DNA of 64,000 bases from Planctomycetota bacterium. Its GTDB lineage: Bacteria; Planctomycetota; Planctomycetia; Pirellulales; Lacipirellulaceae. Shown in pieces: positions 10,411 through 19,283 of the stretch (position 1 is the stretch's first letter; each line of letters begins with the position of its first letter). The stretch covers positions 1,474-65,473 of the forward strand of contig JAJRSE010000050.1 in the NCBI GenBank assembly GCA_024278955.1, written 5' to 3'. A program made the translations under genes and the position numbers. The notes beneath the pieces were generated by a model. The model did no database searches. It worked only from the letters and a program-made list of their open reading frames with translations, and was not told where the DNA came from.

Positions 10411-12093
10411 TCAGGCGAGTCGGTCGGTCGCGATGTGGTATTGCGGATCTTCTGAGAGGTTGACTTCGACCAGGCTGCCCGCTTTGCCGAGGAGTCTCTG
10501 GCATTCGCGGCTCAGATGGGTGAGGTGGAGACGCTTGCCGGCGGCGCTGTACTTTTCGCTTAGCGAGTGGATCGCTTCGAGTCCCGATTGGTCGTACACC
10601 CGGCTGTAGTAAAAATCGATCACCACATCGTCGGGGTCTTGGTGGACATCGAACATTTCTTTGAACGAAGAGACCGACGCAAAGAAAAGCGGCCCGTGGA
10701 GTTGGTAAATTTTACTTCCAAACTTATTTTCTTTGGTGTCGGCTCCGATGTGGGTTGCGTGCTGCCAGGCGAAGACGAGTGCCGAGACCACCACACCCAA
10801 AATCACCGCCGTGGCCAAGTCGTGCATCACTACCGTGTAGCTGGCGACCAAAGTCATGACAAAAAGATCGGCGCGGGGCATTCGGCCAAACATCTTGATC
10901 GAAGCCCACTCAAAAGTTCCGATCACAACCATAAACATGACGCCGACAAGTGCTGCCATCGGAATCTGTTCGATCCAGGGCGACAAGAAAAGCACGAACA
11001 GCAACAGGCAGATCGCTGCGGCGATTCCCGACAGCCGGCCTCGGCCTCCGGAGTTCACGTTGATCAACGACTGGCCGATCATCGCACAGCCGCCCATGCC
11101 TCCAAACAGGCCGCAAATCACATTGGCGGCTCCTTGGCCGATACATTCGCGATTGCCTCGCCCTCGCGTCTCGGTGATTTCGTCAATCAGTGTCAGCGTC
11201 ATCAGCGATTCAATCAGCCCGACCCCTGCTAGAATGACTGCATACGGAAGGAGGATCCAGAGGGTCGCCAGAGTAAGGGGCGGAAGCGTGTATTGCCAGA
11301 AAAAGAGTTTGGGAAGTCCTCCGCCGATCCCAACGCTTCCGGCGGCTTGATTAGCTGCGGCCAGCACTTCCTCGCTAATCGGCTGGTCGCTCGGTTGGTC
11401 GCCTACCTCGGCAGCGACTGCGGTCGCCTTGGCGTTGCTCCGGAGCAAATCGCCAACGGTCGCGACAAAATTGTCGCCTGTTTTGGTGACGACCGATTGG
11501 TTGATCACGACCGAAGCGATCGAGATTATCAAAATCGCAGCGAGCGAAGCAGGCACTGCACGGGTCAGTTTGGGCAGGAGCCAAATGATGGCCATCGTCA
11601 AAACAACCAGTCCGCCCATTGTCCAGAGGGCCGGTCCGCGCAAAAAGTCGAGTCGACCGTTGGCCGGGTCGAACGTCTTAAAACTTCCGATCTGAGCGAG
11701 ACCAATCACAATGGCAAGTCCGTTCACAAATCCGAGCATTACTGAATGAGGCACCATGCGAATTAGCTTTCCCAGTCGGCCTATTCCAATCCCGATTTGC
11801 AGAAGCCCACACAAGATGACTGTCGGAAAGAGGTATTCGATTCCATGTTCTGCCACCAGGGTGACAATCACGACCGCCATCGCGCCAGTAGCGCCCGAGA
11901 TCATTCCAGGACGTCCTCCAAAAACCGCAGTAATCAGCCCGATGAAAAAAGCGGAATACAGGCCGATCAACGGCGAAATGCCTGCAACCAGCGCAAACGC
12001 AACCGCCTCGGGAACAAGAGCCAAGGCGACCGTAAGGCCAGAAAGGAGATCGTCTTTGATCGACGCGGAGTGGAAGCGAAAGAAATTGAGCAT
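10411..12093 (-). CDS. sulP: SulP family inorganic anion transporter with STAS domain
   Basis: [51 protein letters not shown]; C-terminal GPLFFAS STAS domain. Confidence 0.92.
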   Translation of the reverse strand: MLNFFRFHSASIKDDLLSGLTVALALVPEAVAFALVAGISPLIGLYSAFFIGLITAVFGGRPGMISGATGAMAVVIVTLVAEHGIEYLFPTVILCGLLQIGIGIGRLGKLIRMVPHSVMLGFVNGLAIVIGLAQIGSFKTFDPANGRLDFLRGPALWTMGGLVVLTMAIIWLLPKLTRAVPASLAAILIISIASVVINQSVVTKTGDNFVATVGDLLRSNAKATAVAAEVGDQPSDQPISEEVLAAANQAAGSVGIGGGLPKLFFWQYTLPPLTLATLWILLPYAVILAGVGLIESLMTLTLIDEITETRGRGNRECIGQGAANVICGLFGGMGGCAMIGQSLINVNSGGRGRLSGIAAAICLLLFVLFLSPWIEQIPMAALVGVMFMVVIGTFEWASIKMFGRMPRADLFVMTLVASYTVVMHDLATAVILGVVVSALVFAWQHATHIGADTKENKFGSKIYQLHGPLFFASVSSFKEMFDVHQDPDDVVIDFYYSRVYDQSGLEAIHSLSEKYSAAGKRLHLTHLSRECQRLLGKAGSLVEVNLSEDPQYHIATDRLA

Positions 12094-12151
12094 AAAACAA
12101 CAGGTGGAGTGAATGAGCAGGACGATTGCAAAGTCGTGTAATTGAAGAAAA

Positions 12152-12231
12152 ATTAGCCACAGAGATCACAGAGGACTCAGAGAAACCTTGGTTTCTAGTA
12201 CTCGGTGTTCTCTGTGATCTCTGTGGCTAAT
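12152..12231. repeat. 22-bp perfect inverted repeat element (CACAGAG-type REP)
   Basis: ATTAGCCACAGAGATCACAGAG (12152-12173) / CTCTGTGATCTCTGTGGCTAAT (12210-12231), with an inner mini-hairpin. Confidence 0.85.
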
Positions 12232-12639
12232 CTTCATTTGTTTGGTTTTTTGACTTTGCAATCGTCCTGAGTGAATGAGGGGAAATCTAGACAGGTAGCC
12301 GACGACATGGTTGGTGCTCGCGAGCGCAAAAGAGCAGCTTACGCTCGGATCAACAGAAAGGTGGCACGCCTCTGCGAGTCGCACTTTTTGCGTGATTTTA
12401 CGGCACGACTCGAAGAGGCGTGCCACAATGGTGCAACTCGAATTCTTAGCAGTAACCACGCACCAGAAGGCGACGCAATTGGCGGGACAATCCCATAGTA
12501 TACCAAGAGGGGGCGGGGAAGTCTCCCCATAAAATAGACGGCACGACGATTGACGATTGCCAAGGCGATATTCTGAAACGCCAAGTTCGCCAAGAGAGCC
12601 AAGCAAAGGAGGAAAGAAGCTGCTGGTCGCCCGGTCTTC

Positions 12640-12707
12640 CATCGTGGCTTGGTTTCGGCATCCACTGCTGGCAAGCCAGCAGTGGCACCCAACTCGAAAG
12701 TTGAGCT
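12640..12707. repeat. CACTGCTGG-family REP, single unit
   Basis: CCACTGCTGGCAAGCCAGCAGTGGCACCCAACTCGAAAGTTGAGCT is near-identical to 8541-8587. Confidence 0.85.
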
Positions 12708-12771
12708 GCGATTTCTCGCTGCTAGAAGCCCTATTGACCCGGTTTGCTAGGCTGCCTAGTCTTCGCTTGCT

Positions 12772-13809
12772 ATGGTAGGCACCTACTCGCGATTTCTGCT
12801 GTTGATGGGGGTTCTCCTGACTTTGAGTTGGGCTGCGTGCTCGCGCGCAGAATCTTCGGTTGCGGTCGAGGGGGTTTTGGTTTTGCGCAATGGCAACGTG
12901 CTGACTGGCAAGTTGTTGCAAATGCAAGACTATTACCAGGTGGTATTGTCCCATGGCCAGCTGCGGGTGCCGGTGGGGCAGGTTGAGTTCGCTTGCCAAA
13001 ATCTCGACGAGGCATACGAGCATCGTCGCCATTCGAGGACTGGGGCGACGGCCGATTCGCATCTGGAATTGGCTCGTTGGTGTTTGCGACATGAGATGCT
13101 GGAACATGCCGCACACGAATTGCTCGAAGCTCGTTCCATTGATCCGCATCACCGAAAGCTGACGCTGCTTGAACGCCGGTTGCAACAGTCTCGGAAATTG
13201 GCTTCGAAAAAAGACGCGGACAAGCTACTTGCAGAGACTCAAATCACACCGACTCGAAGAGCTTCGCCAATTCCGACAACGGTTTCGGATCGCTCGGAGC
13301 CGCTAACGAGAGTTCAGACGCTGCGTGAATTGTCTCCGAAGGCGAAGTCGTCATTTGTGCGACAGATTCAACCGATGCTGCTACATTCCTGTGCGACTTC
13401 GGGCTGCCATCAGTTGGGGTCGTCGCGGCAGATGGAACTGAACCGTCAAGCGATGGAGGGAGTCGGGAATCCGCGAGCCATGTTAGCAAACATGGAGGCA
13501 GTGCTTGTGCAGGCCGACCGGCAAACAGATGGCGAGAGCGCCTTGTTGAGCTATGCCCGAGCGGCGCATGGAGCGGACCGCGATAAATTATCGCAACCGC
13601 TTTCGCTTCGGCAGCTTCGGCTGTTGCGCGCATGGCTTTTGGAAACCGAAGCGAGTACCCGCGAGCAAAGCACAGGCTGGGACTCAACGCGCAATGTTTC
13701 TTCGAAGCCGTTGCCTGTGAACGCTAGAACCGTGCGAGACGATCTTTTTGATCCTTCCATCTTCAACCGTCGCTACGGTAAGCAAAAGGAAGCGTCGAAG
13801 GATCGGTAG
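12772..13809 (+). CDS. Secreted planctomycete hypothetical protein
   Basis: Signal peptide; VLVLRNGNVLTG beta motif, HLELARWCLRH helical motif, CATSGCH motif. Confidence 0.75.
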   Translation: MVGTYSRFLLLMGVLLTLSWAACSRAESSVAVEGVLVLRNGNVLTGKLLQMQDYYQVVLSHGQLRVPVGQVEFACQNLDEAYEHRRHSRTGATADSHLELARWCLRHEMLEHAAHELLEARSIDPHHRKLTLLERRLQQSRKLASKKDADKLLAETQITPTRRASPIPTTVSDRSEPLTRVQTLRELSPKAKSSFVRQIQPMLLHSCATSGCHQLGSSRQMELNRQAMEGVGNPRAMLANMEAVLVQADRQTDGESALLSYARAAHGADRDKLSQPLSLRQLRLLRAWLLETEASTREQSTGWDSTRNVSSKPLPVNARTVRDDLFDPSIFNRRYGKQKEASKDR

Positions 13810-13818
13810 TCGACCTTG

Positions 13819-14076
13819 CTATTCGCCATTTCCTGCGGTCGGTGAATCCTCGATATCGATGTTATCGACGTTGCGTTGCGGCAACTCGTAGCTTACGCCG
13901 GTAAATGCGGAACCGGCTCGACCTTTGACATGGGAATACGGCCCATCGAGCACAGGCGGTAAGTCATCGCAACAACTGGTACATGTGCGGCAGCCGCAGC
14001 TTGCGAAGAGCAAGAGCATGGTGCCGACTAGTTTTCGATCCAACATGGGCCCCCCCTGGGTATCGAAATGAGTCAA
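13819..14076 (-). CDS. Small Cys-rich lipoprotein
   Basis: Hydrophobic stretch followed by ASCGCRTCTSCC. Confidence 0.6.
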   Translation of the reverse strand: MTHFDTQGGPMLDRKLVGTMLLLFASCGCRTCTSCCDDLPPVLDGPYSHVKGRAGSAFTGVSYELPQRNVDNIDIEDSPTAGNGE

Positions 14077-14293
14077 TTCAGATTTGTCGTACGCTTTGTA
14101 TCGACTGCTGCGGCATGGGGCAGTTAGAGGAATTAGGGGAAGAAATTTGAGATGCTAGCGGCGAGAGTTGCCAGGGGATAGAAAAGATGGAGAACTGGGA
14201 AAGGTGCCTGAACTTTGCGGGCTACTGGAATCACTGAGAGAGTTTGGAGTATCCGAGAATTACTGGGGGAAGCTAGCCAGATTTAATTTCTAG

Positions 14294-14597
14294 CAACACA
14301 GTCGTAGGACAGCACCTCCCGGTTGATACGCACTAGTTTTTGGTAGCGAACTATTCTCAACACAAGGAAAAGGCGTTACTGTTAGAAATGGCTCCGATTT
14401 GAGTACTTCTTCCTATTTTTGGTTGGCAGCCAAGTGCTCCAAATCTCGGCTGGATCGACTTTTTCGGTGGTTCAATAAATCACCGTTTCGTAGTTGAAGG
14501 CACAATCATCCCTGAACCTGCGACAGCCCTCCTTCTAGGAACTTGGGGAATTATGCTTCTCCTTGTCCGTCAAAATCGTAGTCGATTGGGTACGTAA
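14294..14597 (+). pseudogene. Degraded PEP-CTERM protein C-terminus (not in ORF track)
   Basis: Manual translation: APPG*YALVFGSELFSTQGKG...SSYF, then +1 shift at the T5 run near 14416-14420, GWQPSAPNLGWIDFFGGSINHRFVVEGTIIPEPATALLLGTWGIMLLLVRQNRSRLGT* (TAA 14595-14597). Confidence 0.75.
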
Positions 14598-14827
14598 AAC
14601 GCACCAATAGGCCTGCAAAACGCAAACATCGAGGACACAAAACGTGCGTTCCGCTATCGCTGCACGCATGCTACGGATTGCCCCACTCACGACTTCCCCC
14701 GAATCAAAAATTTGCCGCTTCGCTCTGGCTCATCTTGCTAGCCAAAAAACCCCGTCCTGCCCGTCGTGTCGTTGTGGTTCCTCTTCAAAGAATTGCAACC
14801 AAAACCCCATCAGCGGTTCCAATCCCC

Positions 14828-15823
14828 CTAAGCCACCAAATCAATCCCCAACCCGAACTGCAAGAACGCCAAATCAAGATCCTCGATCGTCACGCTCCCA
14901 TCGCCGTTCAAATCGCCATCGGCCCAGGTCGCCCCCGTCATGCCGAAGTTGGCCGTGATAGTATCCAAATCGTCGGCATCAATATCGTTGTCCCCATCCA
15001 AATCGGCCAACACCCAGACGTTTTGAAGGTTGGTTTCCCAATTGTAAATGCCGAGCCAAACAGCATCGAAAAGATTGATAATGCCGTCGCCGGTAACGTC
15101 GCCCTGTTCAAACAGTAAATCGATCGAGCCCACGTTGGCAAGCAGGATATTGCCGTCCGCCATATTCACCACGCCATCCAGATTTACGTCACCGGCCAGC
15201 AGCGTCATAAAGAAATTAAACCGTCCGCCCGGGTTGCCATCACCCGAGGGAAATTCGCTCACCGCCGCGTTCACGGTCGAAATGCTCGCCGGGTTGGTCC
15301 ACTCGCCGTCCAGCAAGTTCCCATCCACATCCGTCACACTATCCGAAAGCGACTCGCCCCGAAGCTGATCCACAAATTTGTAACCCACCGATTGCCAAAG
15401 ACGCGAAACGTTCGACTTGCCGACACCAGGGCTACGAGGTTTTACGTCGGAGATTTCGCGTGTGCTCACACCTGCCATCAACGCCAATACAATCGAGGCT
15501 TGAAGTTCTTCTGGATTACTGGCACTTTCGTAACTCGCAAGCGTCACCTCCGAGGTTGAGCCCTTCTGCTGACGCTCTCGAACACGTGGGCGAACCACCT
15601 CTTCACGTTCGCCGTCAACCAGAACGCGACCTGAACTGCTACCCGCACGGAACATGGCACCGCCGGTAGGCTCGTGCTTCGGGCCGCAAAGCTCGTCGAC
15701 TTCGGACGCCATGACTTCACAAATCATCTTCCGAACCAAGCCGCGAAGATGCTCGCGGAAAACTTGGGCGGCTTCGCCGCCCGAAACTTGTCCAAGCTGC
15801 TGAAAAAGATTACGATTTCCCAT
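14828..15823 (-). CDS. Chimeric ORF: IS256-family transposase N-terminus fused in frame to a dockerin-like Ca-binding C-terminus
   Basis: About the first 157 aa are IS256-like (EVDELCGPKH, VVRPRVR, LASYE, LMAGVSTR, KSNVSRLW) and stop before the DDE core; then LAGDVNLDG, GDVTGDG, ADLDGDNDID, GDLNGDGSV. Confidence 0.8.
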   Translation of the reverse strand: MGNRNLFQQLGQVSGGEAAQVFREHLRGLVRKMICEVMASEVDELCGPKHEPTGGAMFRAGSSSGRVLVDGEREEVVRPRVRERQQKGSTSEVTLASYESASNPEELQASIVLALMAGVSTREISDVKPRSPGVGKSNVSRLWQSVGYKFVDQLRGESLSDSVTDVDGNLLDGEWTNPASISTVNAAVSEFPSGDGNPGGRFNFFMTLLAGDVNLDGVVNMADGNILLANVGSIDLLFEQGDVTGDGIINLFDAVWLGIYNWETNLQNVWVLADLDGDNDIDADDLDTITANFGMTGATWADGDLNGDGSVTIEDLDLAFLQFGLGIDLVA

Positions 15824-15935
15824 GGTGGTCTCCCCGTCGGCGACAACCGACGACTAAAAACTTGAAAATTGCGATGAGCGATTCTCGCTCATCGGGAGAC
15901 CACCTTCAAGTTTTAACAATTATTGGGACACTTCC
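15350..15935 (-). mobile_element. Truncated IS256-family element (left end plus transposase 5' part)
   Basis: Transposase N-terminus; candidate terminal IR GGAAGTGTCCCAATAATTGTTAAAA ending at 15935; no second end seen. Confidence 0.75.
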
Positions 15936-15953
15936 AGATGGGAAGCCCTGCGG

Positions 15954-18107
15954 TCAGTGCGGCGGGTAGTGGGGTGTGACTGCGATAGCCCAAGATTGAC
16001 GGATACCGGACGGCAGCGTAAGCGAGGTTTCCAGATGCACGACTGCCGTTCCATCTGGCTTGGTAGCCGTTCGCGTCTTGAAGTTGTTCAGCATCTCCGA
16101 AAGTATCTTGGCATGTTCTTCCTTTACCTTAGGATCGTCCTGGCCGACCTTCTCAAGTTCAGCTTTCGCTTCGGCAGAGCCTAGAGAAAAGACCAAATCG
16201 ATTCCCTTCTCAACAAGTTCGGCTTCCTTGCGGCTTGCACACAAAAACTGCATCTGAATACAAAACTGGTGGGTCTGATCGTGCCAATCGAAGCTGGATC
16301 CGATCTGCTTGATGTTGTCGAACACTTGATTCAACGCATTACTAGTCGGTATGCTAGACTCTCCAACCGAGGCTTCGATGCTTTTGTCGGTGGTAAGCAG
16401 CGAGAACAATCCTCGGTCCACGGCATTCCAATCCTCTGCCCATCGGGCGCTCACCGTATTGGTTGCTTCGACCTTCTTCCAGAAATTTTCGCTATCTTCT
16501 GTCGCAAAAACTAGCGTGTGGCTATCGCGGGCCGCGACACAAAGCGCCTTGGGGCCGAGAGCCGGAATGACCGGCAACTGAAAGTAACTGACCTCACCGT
16601 GCTGCAACTCTTCAGCGGCAGGAGCGTTTTCCCTGATCCACTGCTGCCAGGAAGAGATGTCGCGGTTGAATCGCACGACCCAGCAGTTGGATCCGAACAT
16701 GACCTGAGAATTGCGCTGCATTGCCGGAGTCCGTTCGAAACGCTTTATTTTGAACTCTGCTTGCCCTACCACATAGTCGATCATTTTTAAGTCAAAATCG
16801 GGCAGATCCGGCGATCCTAACCACGCCTTACAAGCGGCACTCACCGCGTGGTTGAGCCCACGAATCATCGGTTTGAACGAATCTCGTTTCAGCAATTCAC
16901 CAACTCGCAATACAAAAATACCGTCTTCGTTGTCACCGATCATCGCAGGATCGATCGGAGGATATTGAAACACCTCGTCGGTCGCGTCTTGCACACTCTT
17001 GGTTTGAACGGTCGGCGTCGCACCATCAGCCGGCTCAGCAAGCCCTCGCAGCGCAGTCGTCACTACGGCTAACAGGACCACTGTACCGACGACAATCGCC
17101 CGCACCGCAAAATTCATTCCACGGCTTTGCGTTCGTTCCTTTGTTCGCAACATTTTTATTCTCCGAATCAAATGGTTTGACGAGGTTGGCAGGAGGATTG
17201 GCTCCGGACGGAGCCGTAAAAGATCGTCCTGTCGTATCGCCAACTGAGACAACGCCTTCAGATACTTTTCTCGGTTGCCAAGCGTCTGGGCAGCCAACTG
17301 GTCGGCGGCGACTTCTTGCGAATACGCTAGCCGATTCAACAACCAATGCGCAAGCGGGTGGTAATAGTGGACCGCCCGCGCGATCGTCCCTATTCCACGC
17401 CAGAGATAATCTCGACGCACGACGTGTGCCAACTCATGAGCCAAGACAACTTGCAATTGCTCCCGGGGCCAAGTTTTCCAATCTGTCGATAGCACCACGA
17501 GTGGCCGTAGCCAGCCAAGCACCGCAGCCGACCGGACGTCCTCCGAAGTCGCGAGACGCGCCCGAGTCCTGCACCCCATCGTTTGAACTAAGTCTCTCAT
17601 TTGGGCATCTGCCTCGCTCCCGTCGATCGGGACACTGCCGCGGCGGATTTTCCAGGCCGTGAAAAACGCCCCACCTAGTCGCAACAAACCGACCGAAATG
17701 CCAATCGCAGCAAATGCGGTGAGGCACTGAATTGCGAAGCTAGGCACCGGGTTTGTTTCGACGTCTGTGTGAATGGCAGTGCGTACTTTCGACAGTAGCG
17801 CGCCGAGATCAACCATGGCAGTATTCGAGCTGTCTGTGTTCGTATCTACTCTGCCTGATTCTGCGTCTGTCGACGAGATGGATGTGACGCTCATTTCCAC
17901 GATCTGATGTCCAGGCAAAACCCAATGCGGAATCTGAACAGGAATAAGCATCGTTGCAACCAGAACAATTCCCGCGGTAGCCGACATCACCGCTGCGAAG
18001 GACGCCGGATACCGGCGCACTACCAGCAGTGACAGCGCGACTCCAGCGGCACACAACAGGCTGACCTGAAAAACACACCAAAGGCAGGAAACAAAAAATG
18101 GGCTCAT
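15954..18107 (-). CDS. BlaR1-like M56 metallopeptidase with uncharacterised C-terminal domain
   Basis: TM segments; VLAHELAHVVRRDY zinc motif; HPLAHWL..QEVAADQLA; start overlaps blaI stop (ATGA). Confidence 0.9.
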   Translation of the reverse strand: MSPFFVSCLWCVFQVSLLCAAGVALSLLVVRRYPASFAAVMSATAGIVLVATMLIPVQIPHWVLPGHQIVEMSVTSISSTDAESGRVDTNTDSSNTAMVDLGALLSKVRTAIHTDVETNPVPSFAIQCLTAFAAIGISVGLLRLGGAFFTAWKIRRGSVPIDGSEADAQMRDLVQTMGCRTRARLATSEDVRSAAVLGWLRPLVVLSTDWKTWPREQLQVVLAHELAHVVRRDYLWRGIGTIARAVHYYHPLAHWLLNRLAYSQEVAADQLAAQTLGNREKYLKALSQLAIRQDDLLRLRPEPILLPTSSNHLIRRIKMLRTKERTQSRGMNFAVRAIVVGTVVLLAVVTTALRGLAEPADGATPTVQTKSVQDATDEVFQYPPIDPAMIGDNEDGIFVLRVGELLKRDSFKPMIRGLNHAVSAACKAWLGSPDLPDFDLKMIDYVVGQAEFKIKRFERTPAMQRNSQVMFGSNCWVVRFNRDISSWQQWIRENAPAAEELQHGEVSYFQLPVIPALGPKALCVAARDSHTLVFATEDSENFWKKVEATNTVSARWAEDWNAVDRGLFSLLTTDKSIEASVGESSIPTSNALNQVFDNIKQIGSSFDWHDQTHQFCIQMQFLCASRKEAELVEKGIDLVFSLGSAEAKAELEKVGQDDPKVKEEHAKILSEMLNNFKTRTATKPDGTAVVHLETSLTLPSGIRQSWAIAVTPHYPPH

Positions 18108-18490
18108 TCGTTTTGCTCCTTCAAAATTTGTTCCAGCAACGCACGTTCTTTTGCTGAAAGTTTCTTGCGACTATCCAAGACTTTGACCAGCAGTTGTTCG
18201 CGAGAACCGCGGAAAACACGCTTCAGCAAGTCGCCCACCAAGTTGCCCGACACCTCGTCGAACGTACGCACAGGCCGATAGCGAAAGGGGCGTTCGTCGT
18301 TGGCCGATTCGAGAAATCCTTTGTCCACCAACAGCCGAACCAAATTAGCGACTGTCACATACGCTCGGTCGACTCCGACAGCAGCAAGCTTGTCACGGGC
18401 CTCGGTTGCAGCCAATTCGCCCGCCTTCCAGAAGACATGCATGACTTCCAGCTCACGTAGAGTCAGCTCTTTGGCGGGAGGTCGGACCAT
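18104..18490 (-). CDS. BlaI/MecI/CopY family repressor
   Basis: LTLRELEVMHVFWKAG..TVANLVRLLVDKGFL..FRYRP..LLKRVFRGS; start ATG 18490 (MVRPPAKE). Confidence 0.9.
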   Translation of the reverse strand: MVRPPAKELTLRELEVMHVFWKAGELAATEARDKLAAVGVDRAYVTVANLVRLLVDKGFLESANDERPFRYRPVRTFDEVSGNLVGDLLKRVFRGSREQLLVKVLDSRKKLSAKERALLEQILKEQNE

Positions 18491-18762
18491 CTGTGCGGCT
18501 CTCTGTCCTGTTTGGTATTTGGTTCTGCAAATTTGATTACCCAAATGTACCGGAGTGGGCAAACCTCGCCAACAGCAATTTTTTGGGCCCCTCTTAAACC
18601 AATACCAGCAGACGTGCAAAGTGCGACTTGCTAGATCAATGGGCCTCCAAAACCGCCTTTGACACAGTCGGGCTCGACTCGTATGCTTCCGCTCCGTTCA
18701 GTTGCACAGGCAACTGAACGGCCTGCCCCATACGCTCCCTCCTTAACAATTTCCAACGCCCG

Positions 18763-19158
18763 ATGGAGATTAGACGGTTGTCCACCAGCCCTCGCATTCT
18801 GATCGTCGACTCTTCGGTTGAAGCCCGAGATATCCTCAGCACGTTGCTTCGCCGTCAAGGTGCCGAGACGATTGAAACGGCCCATACGGCCTCGGCCACC
18901 GCCCTGCTCCAACAGCAAGAACCCGACCTGATTGTCTACGACGACGAATCTGCTTCGAGCTCTTCTTCGCAAGAAAAACTCGACCTGAGTCGCTCGGCAA
19001 GCCGCAGTGCTACCCCAATCGTCGTACTTGGAACAGGTAAACGGCAAATTCGCCCTTTACCTACCGAACATTTCGTCACCAAACCCTACCATTACGGCCC
19101 ATTGATCCGTAGAATTGAGAGTCTGCTAGAGATTCGCGGTGCAACGAGAGATCGGTAG
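18763..19158 (+). CDS. Single-domain response regulator receiver
   Basis: RILIVD, PDLIVYD (phosphoacceptor), TPIVVLG, FVTKPY. Confidence 0.75.
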   Translation: MEIRRLSTSPRILIVDSSVEARDILSTLLRRQGAETIETAHTASATALLQQQEPDLIVYDDESASSSSSQEKLDLSRSASRSATPIVVLGTGKRQIRPLPTEHFVTKPYHYGPLIRRIESLLEIRGATRDR

Positions 19159-19283
19159 GACGTCTGATGTGGTTGGAGGTTGTTGGTTGAAGATCAGGAA
19201 ACTGATTTCTGCCTTCTCCGCCGCCCAGCTTCCGACCTCTTTGCTCCGCGTGCAGTTTCTTTTCTTACGGAGAATGCAACTCG

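Noticed and set aside
12166-13185. 339-aa minus-strand ORF
   Set aside because: Antisense to the real gene 12772..13809 and runs through two REP elements; no protein motifs
14324-14326. TGA in the PEP-CTERM relic as possible recoding or readthrough
   Set aside because: A frameshift and an upstream TAG with no start are also present; simple decay is more likely
18530-18552. BlaI operator (TTAC-N5-TGTA) upstream of blaI
   Set aside because: Dyad is imperfect and occurs once; cannot be distinguished from chance
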